Shown here one piece after another: positions 9,948 through 19,878 of a stretch of 64,000 nt of DNA (position 1 is the first letter of the stretch; the number at the start of each line of letters is the position of its first letter). The notes under the pieces are model-generated. The model did no database searches, was not told the origin of the DNA, and saw only the letters and a list, made by a program, of their open reading frames with translations. Location of the stretch: assembly GCA_050176585.1 (NCBI GenBank), contig JBFXHX010000021.1, forward strand, positions 1,172 through 65,171. The letters are read 5' to 3'. The position numbers and the translations under genes are program-made. Source of the stretch: Candidatus Binatia bacterium (GTDB lineage: Bacteria > Desulfobacterota > Binatia > HRBIN30 > CADEER01).

Positions 9948-11131
9948 ACCGACGCCTCCAGCGGCAACGCGGGATCATGCAGCGGCAGCACCGGTCGGCC
10001 CTGCAGGTTCCAGAGGAACGCCGCGAGCCAGATGCCGCCCACGCCCACCATCGCCGCGATATCCATCCAGTGGAACGTAAACTTTCCCGGCGAGAAAGCG
10101 GGCATGATCATCCAGTAATCGCCGACCCAGCGCATGAAGAGCAGCAGGACCGCGACGAACATGAGCCGGCGCGCGTTGCGCTTCAGGCTGCGCGACAACA
10201 GGATGAAAAACGGCAGAAAGAAATGGAACAGGATCAGGGCGATCGCCAGGACTTCCCATCCGCCGGTGACGCGCTTCAGATACCACGGCGTCTCTTCGGG
10301 GAGGTTGCCGGACCAGATGATCAGGAATTGCGAAAAGGAGAAGTACGCATACAGCATCACGAACGCGAACAGCATCTTGCCGAGATCGTGAAAGCGATCC
10401 GCGGTCGCCACGCGCCGCACCGGATCGTATGCGGTGAGCAGCGTCAGGATGGTGATCGCGAACGTGAACGCGGTCATGATCTGGCCACCGATCACCATCA
10501 GCCCGTAGATCGTGGAGTACCAATGCGGCTCGATGGACATCATCCAGTCGACCGACGCGAATGTCATGGTGAGCACGTATACGAGCACGGCCCCCGAGCC
10601 GAGGAGTTGAAACTTGCGCACGTAACCGGGATCGCCGGTTGCGTCCTGCTGGGCCGACCAGCGTAGCAACACGCCGGCGAGCACGAACCAGATGATGAAG
10701 TAGAGCGCCGCGCGCAAGATGAAGAACGGAACGTTCAGGTACCACGTCTTGTACTGCAGCACCGGGTCGTGCGCGACGTGCTCCGCATGCGTCCACTCGT
10801 AGAGATCGTGCATGCCGAACAGCAACGGCACGAATAGGACCGCGACCAGTGGCAGCGTGCGCATGGCCGCTTCGGCTGCGCGGCGGATCACGATACCCCA
10901 GCGGCCGCCGGCGATGTGATTCATCGAAACCAGGGCGAGCGATCCGATCGCGATACCGCCCCAGAAGACGAACGCGACCAAGTACGAGCGGAAGAATTGC
11001 GCGTGGTCGACGAGCGCGCCGGCCCCCGCGATCGCGAGGCCGATCACGCCGAGCCCGAGCAGGGCGCGGGGGCTGCGGTTGAAGACGTGGTCTGCGGGCA
11101 GCGCGTAGAGGGTGCGCAGATCGCCGCTCAT
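9944..11131 (-). CDS. actF: Alternative complex III membrane subunit F
   Basis: About 10 TM; DWMMSIEPHWYSTIYG, HDLGK, SQFLIIWSGNLPEE motifs. Confidence 0.93.
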   Translation of the reverse strand: MSGDLRTLYALPADHVFNRSPRALLGLGVIGLAIAGAGALVDHAQFFRSYLVAFVFWGGIAIGSLALVSMNHIAGGRWGIVIRRAAEAAMRTLPLVAVLFVPLLFGMHDLYEWTHAEHVAHDPVLQYKTWYLNVPFFILRAALYFIIWFVLAGVLLRWSAQQDATGDPGYVRKFQLLGSGAVLVYVLTMTFASVDWMMSIEPHWYSTIYGLMVIGGQIMTAFTFAITILTLLTAYDPVRRVATADRFHDLGKMLFAFVMLYAYFSFSQFLIIWSGNLPEETPWYLKRVTGGWEVLAIALILFHFFLPFFILLSRSLKRNARRLMFVAVLLLFMRWVGDYWMIMPAFSPGKFTFHWMDIAAMVGVGGIWLAAFLWNLQGRPVLPLHDPALPLEASV

Positions 11132-11712
11132 GGTTGTGCTCCGAGCTTCGCGCGCTCCGCGTCCGGGACGTCCGCAAGGGTGGCGTGCTGGCTGAGTTGC
11201 AGCGCGCGGATATAGGCCACGATCGCCCAACGATCGCGCGCGGGCACCTGCGCCGCATACGCGGGCATGGTGGCGTAGCCGTTGGTCTGCACCTGAAACA
11301 GATGTCCGTCGGGCATGCGCTGCAGACGCTCCTCGTGGAACGAGGGGGGCTGCTTGTATCCGCGCTGCACGATCATGCCTTCGCCACTGCCGGTGCGGTC
11401 GTGGCACGGCGAGCAATAGACGTTGTAGCGCTCCTGGCCGCGCAACAGCACTTCACGCGTCATCCCGAGCGGGTTGGTGGCGAGCGGAGCACCATCGCCC
11501 TTGCCTTGATAAAAGGCCGGGTCCTCGTCGAGATGGCCGCGAGGGACTACCCCCGGGACGAGCGGGCGCGACGCGCGCTGGTCGGCGAAAAAGCGGTTCT
11601 GCTCGAAGGCTTGGTACTTGGGCTGATTGTGCATGTCCTGACGGCAGCCAGCGAGCCCGGCGAGCAACGCGGCCGCGGCCATGCCGCGCCAGATGTAGGA
11701 GAGCCGGCTCAT
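11128..11712 (-). CDS. actE: Alternative complex III monoheme lipoprotein subunit E
   Basis: Lipobox LAGC followed by RQDMHNQPK, CSPCH, MPAYA. Confidence 0.93.
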   Translation of the reverse strand: MSRLSYIWRGMAAAALLAGLAGCRQDMHNQPKYQAFEQNRFFADQRASRPLVPGVVPRGHLDEDPAFYQGKGDGAPLATNPLGMTREVLLRGQERYNVYCSPCHDRTGSGEGMIVQRGYKQPPSFHEERLQRMPDGHLFQVQTNGYATMPAYAAQVPARDRWAIVAYIRALQLSQHATLADVPDAERAKLGAQP

Positions 11713-12272
11713 TGCTCGACCAACGACACCTGCCGCGGGTGGAGTCGCGACAGGAAGCTCCAGGTCTCGTCCACGTCGAACAGCGGATCGCGGGACTCGA
11801 TGCAGAGGAAGAAGCGATCGCGCGACGCGAGGGCGAAGCGCGACACGTTGAAGACCGGATGATAAGGCATCGGAAAGCCGTTCAGGCCGAGCATCCCGAA
11901 CACCGCGGTGAGCGCGGCGGCGAGGATGGTGCATTCGAACGTCACGGGGATGAACGCGGGCCAGCTGTTGAGCGGCTTGCCGGCGACGTTGATCGGATAG
12001 TCGATCACCGAGGTCCAGTAGCAAAGCGCGAAGCCGCCGAGGCCACCGAGAATCCCGGCGATCAGCACCAGCGCCGGCAGCCAGTTGCGCTTGTGCGGCA
12101 TCACCTCGTGCAGCTCCTCGATGGGGAACGGCGTGTAGCAGTCGTAGTACCGATACCCCGCCTCGGTGGTGACGCGCGCCGCTTCCACGAGCTCGTCGGC
12201 GGTCTGGAACTCGGCCATCAGCCCGTACAGCAGGGGATCGCTCGCGGCGCGAGCAAGCGTGGCGGTGCTCAT
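11709..12272 (-). CDS. actD: Alternative complex III subunit D (DUF3341)
   Basis: GLMAEF, YTPFP, YPINVAGKP.NSWPAFIPVTFE motifs; two TM. Confidence 0.93.
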   Translation of the reverse strand: MSTATLARAASDPLLYGLMAEFQTADELVEAARVTTEAGYRYYDCYTPFPIEELHEVMPHKRNWLPALVLIAGILGGLGGFALCYWTSVIDYPINVAGKPLNSWPAFIPVTFECTILAAALTAVFGMLGLNGFPMPYHPVFNVSRFALASRDRFFLCIESRDPLFDVDETWSFLSRLHPRQVSLVEQ

Positions 12273-13666
12273 CCGTGCGTCCCTTCCGCCTTCACCTTCA
12301 TCTTTACCTTCGCCTCGGGCAGCAGCGTGCGCATCTCCGCGATGGAGATCATCGGCAGCAGGCGGATAAACAGGAAGAGCAGCGTCGTGAACAGCCCCAT
12401 CGAGCCGATGAGCGTCGCGTATTCCCAGAAGGTCGGGTAATACATGCCCCACGACGACGGCAGGAAGTCGCGCGAGAGACTCATCGGAATGATGACGAAG
12501 CGCTCCAGCCACATGCCGATGCTGACGTCGATCGAAATCAGGAATAGCCAGCCGAGGCTCGCGCGGATGCGGCGGAACCAGAGCAGCTGGACGACGATGA
12601 CGTTGCACAGGATCAGTGCCCAGTAGAACGGCGCGTACGGCCCGCGGAACCGGTTCATCATGAGCGCGAGCTCGAACTGGTTGCCACTGTAGAACGCCAT
12701 GAACACTTCGATCATGTAGCCGTAGGCGACGACCAAGCCGGTCGCCAGCGTGACGCGCGCCATGTAGTCGAAGTGCCGCATGGTGATGAAGTCCTGCAGC
12801 CCGTAGAACTTGCGCAGCGGAATGGCGATGATCATCACCATCGCGAAGCCAGCGAAGATGGCGCCGGCGACGAAGTACGGCGGGAAAATGGTCGCGTGCC
12901 AGCCGGGCACCTGGCTGACGGCGAAGTCGAAGCTCACCACGCTGTGCACGGACAGCACCAGCGGCGTCGAGAGCGCGGCCAGAAGCAGATAGGCGGTCTC
13001 GTACCGGTGCCAGTGCTCGGCCGAGCCGCGCCAGCCCATCGCGAGCATACCGTAGATCACCCGGCCGATGCGGCTCGGCGAGCGGTCGCGCAGCGTCGCC
13101 AGGTCGGGGATCATCCCGACGAACCAGAACAGCATGGAAACCGTGGCGTAGGTCGACACCGCGAACACGTCCCAGATCAGCGGGCTGCGAAAGTTCGGCC
13201 ACACCTCCATCGAGTTCGGATACGGCAGCAGCCAGTACGCGAGCCACGGGCGCCCGGTGTGAATGACCGGGAACATGCCGGCGCAGGCGACGGCGAAGAT
13301 CGTCATCGCCTCGGCGAAGCGGTTGATCGACGTCCGCCAGGCCTGCCGGAACAGCAACAGGATGGCGGAGATCAGCGTGCCGGCGTGGCCGATGCCGATC
13401 CACCACACGAAGTTGATGATGTCGAAGCCCCATCCGACCGGGACGTTCAGACCCCAGATGTAGATGCCCTTGTAGAAGAGGTAGCCGACCGAGATGGCGA
13501 GCAGTTGCAAGCCGCAGAAGCCGATTGCGAAGCCAAATACCCAGCCGAGCGGAGTTCGCTTGGTCAGGACGGCATCGCTGATCTTGTCGGTGATCGAGCC
13601 GTAAGTGTGCCCCGGTTCGATGACCGGCGGCCGCGGGCGTGGTTGTTGTTCTTGCGCGGCGGCCAT
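12269..13666 (-). CDS. actC: Alternative complex III quinol-oxidising subunit C (NrfD/PsrC family)
   Basis: WGFDIINFVWWIGIGHAGTLISAIL, HTGRPW, NFRSPLIWDVFAVSTY, SVHSVVSFDFA. Confidence 0.96.
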   Translation of the reverse strand: MAAAQEQQPRPRPPVIEPGHTYGSITDKISDAVLTKRTPLGWVFGFAIGFCGLQLLAISVGYLFYKGIYIWGLNVPVGWGFDIINFVWWIGIGHAGTLISAILLLFRQAWRTSINRFAEAMTIFAVACAGMFPVIHTGRPWLAYWLLPYPNSMEVWPNFRSPLIWDVFAVSTYATVSMLFWFVGMIPDLATLRDRSPSRIGRVIYGMLAMGWRGSAEHWHRYETAYLLLAALSTPLVLSVHSVVSFDFAVSQVPGWHATIFPPYFVAGAIFAGFAMVMIIAIPLRKFYGLQDFITMRHFDYMARVTLATGLVVAYGYMIEVFMAFYSGNQFELALMMNRFRGPYAPFYWALILCNVIVVQLLWFRRIRASLGWLFLISIDVSIGMWLERFVIIPMSLSRDFLPSSWGMYYPTFWEYATLIGSMGLFTTLLFLFIRLLPMISIAEMRTLLPEAKVKMKVKAEGTHG

Positions 13667-16600
13667 TATGTCCTCGCGAGCTCGGGGTTGGGGTTGCGCA
13701 CGCCGGCCAGATACGTGGTGCGGGGCAGCGTCCCCAGCTCGTTGAGCAATACGTAGTTGCGCGGGTCCTTCGCCAGGGCGGCCACGCGGCTGGCGGGATC
13801 GTTCAGGTCGCCGAAGGTGATCACGTCGGCCGGACATGCCTGCTGGCAGGCCGTCTGCACCTCGCCATCGCGCACCCGGCGATCCTCCCGCTTGGCGCGA
13901 ATGCGCCCGTAGTTGATGCGCTGCACGCAGTACGTGCACTTCTCCATGACGCCGCGGCTCCGCACGGTGACGTCCGGATTGAAGACCATCTCCTCCACGT
14001 CGGAGCGCGGGTCGCTGTATAAGGTGAAGTTGAAGCGGCGGACTTTGTACGGGCAGTTGTTCGAGCAGTAGCGGGTCCCGACGCACCGGTTGTACACCAT
14101 CGCGTTGAGGCCTTCGTCATCGTGCACGGTGGCGTTGACCGGACACACGGCCTCGCAGGGGGCCTGCTCGCAGTGCATGCACGGCACCGGCTGCATGACC
14201 GTGGTCGGCGCGTCGAGGTCGCCCTCGAAGTAGCGGTCGACGCGGATCCATTGCATCTCCCGCCCGCGCGCCACCTGATCCTTGCCGACCACCGGGATGT
14301 TGTTCTCCGCCTGGCAAGCGATCACGCAAGCATTGCAGCCGATGCACGCGCCCACGTCGATCGTCATGCCCCACGCGTAGCCGGTGTACGCAAAGCCCGG
14401 GTACATCGACTTATCGCGTTCGCTGTGAGTGTGGGCGAAGGCCGGGTTTGCCCGATATTCCTCCAGCGTGCCGACTCGGACTAGGTCGCGCCCCTCCATC
14501 GAGTGATGGTCCTGCGTACAAGCGAGCCGGTAGTGCCGCCCGAGGTTCACGAGCGTGGCGCCGCTCGCGCTCCACGGATGATCGCTCGTGCGGAGCTTGT
14601 ATGTGTCGAATCCGACGTCGGTGCCCACCTGCCCCGCCCGGCGGCGACCATAGCCGAGGAACAGCGTGATCGCGTTCTGCGCGTGCCCGGGCTGAATCCA
14701 AACCGGCAGCTGCAGCGTGCGCCCGTTGAGGGTGACCTCGACCATGGTCCCCTGATCGAGGCCCAGGCGTTCGGCCGTGGCCGGCGCGATCAGGGCCGGA
14801 TTATCCCAGGTGAGGCGCGTAATGGGTCGCGGAACTTCCTGCAGCCAGCCGTTGTTCGCAAAGCGGCCGTCGTAGAGCGCCGCATCGGGGCGGAACACGA
14901 CGTCCAGACCGGCGGTGTCGGCGGCCGGCGGCGGCAGAAGATCCTGCCCCCAGTTGCTTGCCGTGCTCACCCATGTGGCTGCGGCCGCGGGCGCACGCGA
15001 GCCGTCGGGCGCGACACCGTCGTGCACGGCCTTGCGCCACTGCGCATCGAAATTCCCCCCGGCCCACTGCGACTGCCAATACTCGCGCACCAGGTCATAC
15101 GCGGGACGCGGCTGTCCGATCATCGCCGCCAGCAACTCCGCCATGGTCTTGCCGTCATACAGCGGCGCGATCAGCGGCTGCTGGATCGTTACCGTGCCGT
15201 CGAAAGCCCGCACATCGCCCCATGATTCGAGGTAGTGCGTCGCCGGGACGTGCCAATGGCTGAGCTCCCCGGTTTCGTCGTAGTAGAGCCCGTAATGGAC
15301 CCGCATCCCGACCTTGTCGAGGTGCTTGGTGAACTCCAGGTCGGCTGGCGCGTCGTAGACGGGGTTGACCTCCAGCATGATCAGCATCTCGACCTGTCCC
15401 GCGGACATGGCGGCCACCAGGTCGCGCATCGACTGGGTCTGATCGACCGGATCGGCCGCGACCGGCTCGACGTACGAAACCGTCGTGCCCTCATTGCCGA
15501 GGGCCTGGTTCATCGCATATGCGAGCAGATGCACTGCGGCTGGCTGGCCGTCGCCGGCGATCACGAGGCTCGCACCGCGATGCGCTTGCAGGTCGCGCAC
15601 GACCGCCGCCACCCACTCCCGGTGCGCCTCCATGCCGACCGGAGCGCGCCCCGCGATCCCGAGGCCTAGCGCGACGGCGAGCGCGAGCTCGCCGATCTCC
15701 GCCGGACGCAGAGGGAGGCGATGGTCAGCGACGGCGCCGGTGTTCGTGGGAGTCGTCTCCGCAACATAAAGCCGGTTCATCGAACCGCCACCCGCATCGA
15801 CGCGTCGGCGGCTGCTGATATCCTTGGCCGCGCGCACCATGGTCGGCCCGACGCCGAGGAAATCCGCGTCGAGCGACAGAATGCGATCCGCCTTGTCGAA
15901 GTGGTACTGCACCTGGAGCGGCCGGCCGAACGCCGTGCGAGCTGCCGCCAAACCATTGTCGCCGTTCACCGGTTGGTACTGGTGCCACTTCGCCTGCGGA
16001 TACTTGGCCAGAAAATCGCCGCGCAGCTTCGCCACCGTCGGCGAGGTGATGGCCCCCGACAGGACGCGAATGCCTGCGCCCTGCTTCGCCTCTTGTACCG
16101 CGAACACCTTCGCCAGCCCGCTGCTGAAGTTGCGCCAGGTCTGCACCTCGCCGATGTGGCGGACGACCTGGGAGCGGTCCGGGTCGTAGAGCGTCAACAC
16201 GGACGCCTGGGCGAGGACATCAGTCGCGCCGAGGCTGGCGGGATGTTCCGGGTTGCCCTCGATTTTGGTCGGGCGCCCCATGTGGCTCTCGACCAATAGG
16301 CCCATGCCGAAGCCATCGAGCGGCATCGCGGTCGCGAAATAGAGCGGCTCGCCGGGCACGATGTACTCGGGCGCTTTGACGTACGGAAAGACTCTTTCCT
16401 CGGGCTGGCGCGTGCAGGCGCTTACCCCGGCGAGCGCCAACGACGCCCCCATGAGCTTGAGCACCGTCCGCCGACCGACCGGGTCGAGCAGGTGGGGCGC
16501 CTGCTCGGGAAACTCGGCGTTTAGGAAGTTGCGGAAATCCGGGCTATCGGCCAGCTCGTCCAGACTCCGCCAGTATTGCTTCCCCGTTTGGCCCTCGAGG

Positions 16601-16686
16601 CGCGCGCGCAACGCGGGCAGGTCGAGCGCGGAGCGCGGCTTCGCGCTGCTCAGCTCGGCGGTTTGCTCTTCCCTGATGCCACTCAT
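13666..16686 (-). CDS. actB: Alternative complex III subunit B (molybdopterin-oxidoreductase-like plus Fe-S domains)
   Basis: Extended Tat leader YWRSLDEL...RRTVLKLMGAS...SAC, GRPTKIEGNPEHP, CIGCNACVIAC, CMHCEQAPC, CVGTRYCSNNCPY, EKCTYC. Confidence 0.96.
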   Translation of the reverse strand: MSGIREEQTAELSSAKPRSALDLPALRARLEGQTGKQYWRSLDELADSPDFRNFLNAEFPEQAPHLLDPVGRRTVLKLMGASLALAGVSACTRQPEERVFPYVKAPEYIVPGEPLYFATAMPLDGFGMGLLVESHMGRPTKIEGNPEHPASLGATDVLAQASVLTLYDPDRSQVVRHIGEVQTWRNFSSGLAKVFAVQEAKQGAGIRVLSGAITSPTVAKLRGDFLAKYPQAKWHQYQPVNGDNGLAAARTAFGRPLQVQYHFDKADRILSLDADFLGVGPTMVRAAKDISSRRRVDAGGGSMNRLYVAETTPTNTGAVADHRLPLRPAEIGELALAVALGLGIAGRAPVGMEAHREWVAAVVRDLQAHRGASLVIAGDGQPAAVHLLAYAMNQALGNEGTTVSYVEPVAADPVDQTQSMRDLVAAMSAGQVEMLIMLEVNPVYDAPADLEFTKHLDKVGMRVHYGLYYDETGELSHWHVPATHYLESWGDVRAFDGTVTIQQPLIAPLYDGKTMAELLAAMIGQPRPAYDLVREYWQSQWAGGNFDAQWRKAVHDGVAPDGSRAPAAAATWVSTASNWGQDLLPPPAADTAGLDVVFRPDAALYDGRFANNGWLQEVPRPITRLTWDNPALIAPATAERLGLDQGTMVEVTLNGRTLQLPVWIQPGHAQNAITLFLGYGRRRAGQVGTDVGFDTYKLRTSDHPWSASGATLVNLGRHYRLACTQDHHSMEGRDLVRVGTLEEYRANPAFAHTHSERDKSMYPGFAYTGYAWGMTIDVGACIGCNACVIACQAENNIPVVGKDQVARGREMQWIRVDRYFEGDLDAPTTVMQPVPCMHCEQAPCEAVCPVNATVHDDEGLNAMVYNRCVGTRYCSNNCPYKVRRFNFTLYSDPRSDVEEMVFNPDVTVRSRGVMEKCTYCVQRINYGRIRAKREDRRVRDGEVQTACQQACPADVITFGDLNDPASRVAALAKDPRNYVLLNELGTLPRTTYLAGVRNPNPELART

Positions 16687-16710
16687 CTTATGAGACCCTG
16701 GTTGCGGCGC

Positions 16711-17397
16711 CTAGCGGTGGCACGCAGTACAGTCCTCCCGCCCGTCGATCTTGTGGGCCGCGAGTAACTCCGCGCCCGTCTCCGCGTGACCATCGGACTT
16801 GCCATCCGAGTGCCCGTTGGAGTGCCCATTCGCAGGCTGCCACGCCATGTTGAAGACCTCGCTGCGCGGCCGCACGTTGGGCGCCGGATTGCGGTGGCAG
16901 TCGAGGCACCACCCCATCAACAGCGACGGCTCCTGGTACGTCAGGTTCATCTGGTCGATGCGACCGTGGCAGCTCACGCAGCCGATGCCCTTGGCGACAT
17001 GGATCGAGTGGTCGAAGTAGACATAGTCCGGCAGGTCGTACACCTTGGTCCACTCGATCGACTCGCCGGTCCGCCAGCTCGCGCGCACAGGCTCGAGCAC
17101 GGGACTCTGTGCCCAGATCTGCGAATGACAGTTCATGCAAGTCTGGGTCGGAGGGAAACCGGCTTCGGCGGAGACCTCCACCGAGGTATGGCAGTACCGG
17201 CAATCGATGCCGAGCTCGCCGACATGATGCTTGTGGCTGAACGGCACCGGCTGCTCGCGCACCACGTACTGCTGCGTCGTGTACGAAGAGCGGAAGAGGC
17301 GGTCGAGCGTGAAGAGCCCGCCGCCGACGACCAATGCGAGGCCGACGACGCTCGCCTTGGCTACGACATTCGAATAGCGGTGGAAGACTTGCGACAT
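16711..17397 (-). CDS. actA: Alternative complex III pentaheme cytochrome subunit A
   Basis: N-terminal TM; five CxxCH (CRYCH, CMNCH, CVSCH, CLDCH, CTACH). Confidence 0.95.
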   Translation of the reverse strand: MSQVFHRYSNVVAKASVVGLALVVGGGLFTLDRLFRSSYTTQQYVVREQPVPFSHKHHVGELGIDCRYCHTSVEVSAEAGFPPTQTCMNCHSQIWAQSPVLEPVRASWRTGESIEWTKVYDLPDYVYFDHSIHVAKGIGCVSCHGRIDQMNLTYQEPSLLMGWCLDCHRNPAPNVRPRSEVFNMAWQPANGHSNGHSDGKSDGHAETGAELLAAHKIDGREDCTACHR

Positions 17398-17760
17398 TGG
17401 TCGGATGGGATACTAGGGAAGCGGCCGGTTGCGAAGCAATATAAGCGGATAGGAAATCCGCTGCGCTGCTGGTTTAGGTTTCCTTATTGGATGGCGGCGC
17501 ACCCGCGCGCCTGGTCTGCGGCGTGGTCGATAGGAGCAACGGCGGTGCGATGGGCTGCGAAGCGCAGCGACCTCGGCGCTGGCGCGCGGCAGATCGCGCG
17601 CACCGCGCACTCGCATTCCCCCATCCGCGGCACGTCGGCACTCGACGCACACGGGCGATCGAAGTACCCACGACGGGCGCACGCATACCGAGCCGATGAG
17701 TCATTTGCGATCTGCAGTCTCTGGATAGCCGTTCGATAATCGCGCAGTGAGGTGAGCGCC

Positions 17761-17796
17761 CGTGCTTTATCGAGTTGAAATAAAATTGCAAGCACG
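17761..17796 (-). promoter_or_regulatory. Candidate promoter/operator of the act-cta operon
   Basis: AT-rich island bounded by CGTGCTT/AAGCACG inverted repeat; minus strand TTGCAA-N16-TAAAGC. Confidence 0.3.
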
Positions 17797-18089
17797 CGCC
17801 GCGCGCCAACGCCGATCCGTTATCAACGGTACAGGATTCGCACTCCACTCGTGCGATCGCACGCGTTCACGCGTACTGCACATGGCAGTCGCTCGCGTTG
17901 CAAACGCGAGTACGAGCCACGGCCTTACGTTGCGCCGCCGCATACGGCGTGGTCGGAACTCGCCAGCGCACGCACGTCGCACCATAATGACGCGCCGCCG
18001 CTCGGGACGTTATGAGCGCGAATGCGTCGGGTGTTGCGACTCTGCGCTGCAGCAGCGCTGGCGCGGCTCACGCCGCGCACGAGCGCAGT

Positions 18090-19637
18090 TCACTGCGGGC
18101 GCCGGCGCAGCACGAGCAGCGCGACGGCAAGGCCCACGACCGCCCACGCGAAGAGGTCGCCGGTGCGCGTGTACACCGTGCGGATCTGCAGAGGTCGAAT
18201 CTCGGCCTGCAAGGTCTCGGGCGTAAACAAACCGAGGCGCTCGATCACGCGCCCGAAGGGATCGACCACCGAGCTCACTCCGGCGTTACCCACGCGCATG
18301 AAGTAGCGGCGGTTCTCCACCGCGCGCCAGACCGCGATCGCCTCGTGTTGATACGGCGCCATCGAACGGCCGAACCACGCGTCGTTGAACAGAGTCAGCA
18401 GGGCCTCGGCGCCGACCTGCGTCATCGCGCGGGCAATCTCCGCGGGCGTGTCCTCGTAACAGATCAGCGGCGCCAACCGGATGCGGCCGGGGACGTCGAG
18501 GGTAGCGATGCGGGCGCCAGGGGTAAACTGCCCCGTGCGCGGGCTGAACGCGTGCAATCCCGGAAACAGCGAGGCCCCGGGGAGGTACTCGCCGAACGGA
18601 ATCAGCACGCGCTTGTCGTAACGGCCGTATACGCGTCCGCCGCCATCGATGAGAAAAGCGCTGTTGTACGTTCGCGGTTGACCGCCACCGGCAGCGCGCT
18701 CGTAGGCGAGCCCGCCGTAGACGAGGAACGTGGAAACGCCGACGTATGGATTGTACTCGGGCGGCAGGAGCGGAAGGTCTGCTCGCACCCACTCCTGTGA
18801 GACCGACTCGGGCCAGATCAGCACATCGACGTGCGACTGCAGCGGCTCGGAGAGCTCGCGATACGCTTGGAGGTTGATGTCGAACAGCGCGACGTCATCC
18901 TTCTCCTTGATGCCGATGTTGCCCTGCACGAGCCCGACCGCGACGGGAGGAGCCGCGTCGATCGCCGCCTGTACCGTCGGCATGCGCCACGCGCCGTACG
19001 CGATCAGCGCGACCGCGGACAGCGCGGATGCCGCGAGCGGCGCGAGCCGCCGCGGCTGGCGCAGCGCCAGAACCATTCCGGCGTTCGTCCACACCATCAC
19101 GAAGCTCAACAGATAGGGTCCCGTGAGATCGCCAGTCTGCAGCAGCAGCGGCGCCTCCAGTTGGCTATTGGCGAGCCGCCAGGGGAAGAGGTTCGGAAAC
19201 AGAAACTCGAGCGAGACCCACAGCACCGGCGCCGCGAGCGCGTACGGACCAAAGCCCAGCGCGCGCAGCCCCCACCCGAACAGCGCGAACTGGACCGCGG
19301 AATACGCCGAGAGGCACGCGTAGAACACGACCGCGAGCGCGTACGGAAACCCGCCGAAGACGTGGATCGTGTACACGAGCCAATAGAAAGCGGGCACATT
19401 GGCGCCCAGCCCGGCCAGGAACCCCGCCCGCAGCGCGGCGCGGCGCGTCGGTGCATCGATCACCGCCCAGATGAGCGGCGCAAACGCGACCCAGGCGAGC
19501 GGATACAGTGAGAAGTCGAGCCACGGCGCGGCGACCAGGAGGCCAGCGGCGATGGGCGCCAGTGTGGTCCGCCACAACGAGGCAGTGGCGGGGACGCTCA
19601 GGGCGGTGGAGCGCACCGCATCAGGGCGTGTCAGCAC
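18090..19637 (-). CDS. lnt: Apolipoprotein N-acyltransferase
   Basis: N-terminal TMs, VQGNI, IWPES, YNSA, YDKRVLIPFGEY, ICYE, NDAWFG, RAVENRR. Confidence 0.95.
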   Translation of the reverse strand: MLTRPDAVRSTALSVPATASLWRTTLAPIAAGLLVAAPWLDFSLYPLAWVAFAPLIWAVIDAPTRRAALRAGFLAGLGANVPAFYWLVYTIHVFGGFPYALAVVFYACLSAYSAVQFALFGWGLRALGFGPYALAAPVLWVSLEFLFPNLFPWRLANSQLEAPLLLQTGDLTGPYLLSFVMVWTNAGMVLALRQPRRLAPLAASALSAVALIAYGAWRMPTVQAAIDAAPPVAVGLVQGNIGIKEKDDVALFDINLQAYRELSEPLQSHVDVLIWPESVSQEWVRADLPLLPPEYNPYVGVSTFLVYGGLAYERAAGGGQPRTYNSAFLIDGGGRVYGRYDKRVLIPFGEYLPGASLFPGLHAFSPRTGQFTPGARIATLDVPGRIRLAPLICYEDTPAEIARAMTQVGAEALLTLFNDAWFGRSMAPYQHEAIAVWRAVENRRYFMRVGNAGVSSVVDPFGRVIERLGLFTPETLQAEIRPLQIRTVYTRTGDLFAWAVVGLAVALLVLRRRPQ

Positions 19638-19674
19638 GGGCGCCCCGCCGACGGTCGGCAGTACCGAATGCCGT

Positions 19675-19878
19675 TCACCGGGGTTTCAGATTGAAGGCCT
19701 GCGGCCCCTTCTCACCGCGGCGCACCTGGTATTCGACCTCGTCGCCCTCGCGCAGATCCTCGAAATACACCTTCGGCGCGAGTCGCGAGCGATGGAAGAA
19801 CACCTCGTCGCTGCCGTCATCCGGGACGATGAATCCGAAGCCCTTATCCCTCGCGATGCGCTTGATCGTTCCGAACAT
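19675..19878 (-). CDS. Cold-shock domain protein
   Basis: KGFGFI (RNP1), VFFH (RNP2), KGPQA; 67 aa; overlaps the helicase 3' end. Confidence 0.92.
   Translation of the reverse strand: MFGTIKRIARDKGFGFIVPDDGSDEVFFHRSRLAPKVYFEDLREGDEVEYQVRRGEKGPQAFNLKPR

Noticed and set aside
17805-17830. Possible FNR/CRP box (ccgat-ccgtt-atcaa) upstream of actA
   Set aside because: Left half-site and spacing do not fit TTGAT-N4-ATCAA
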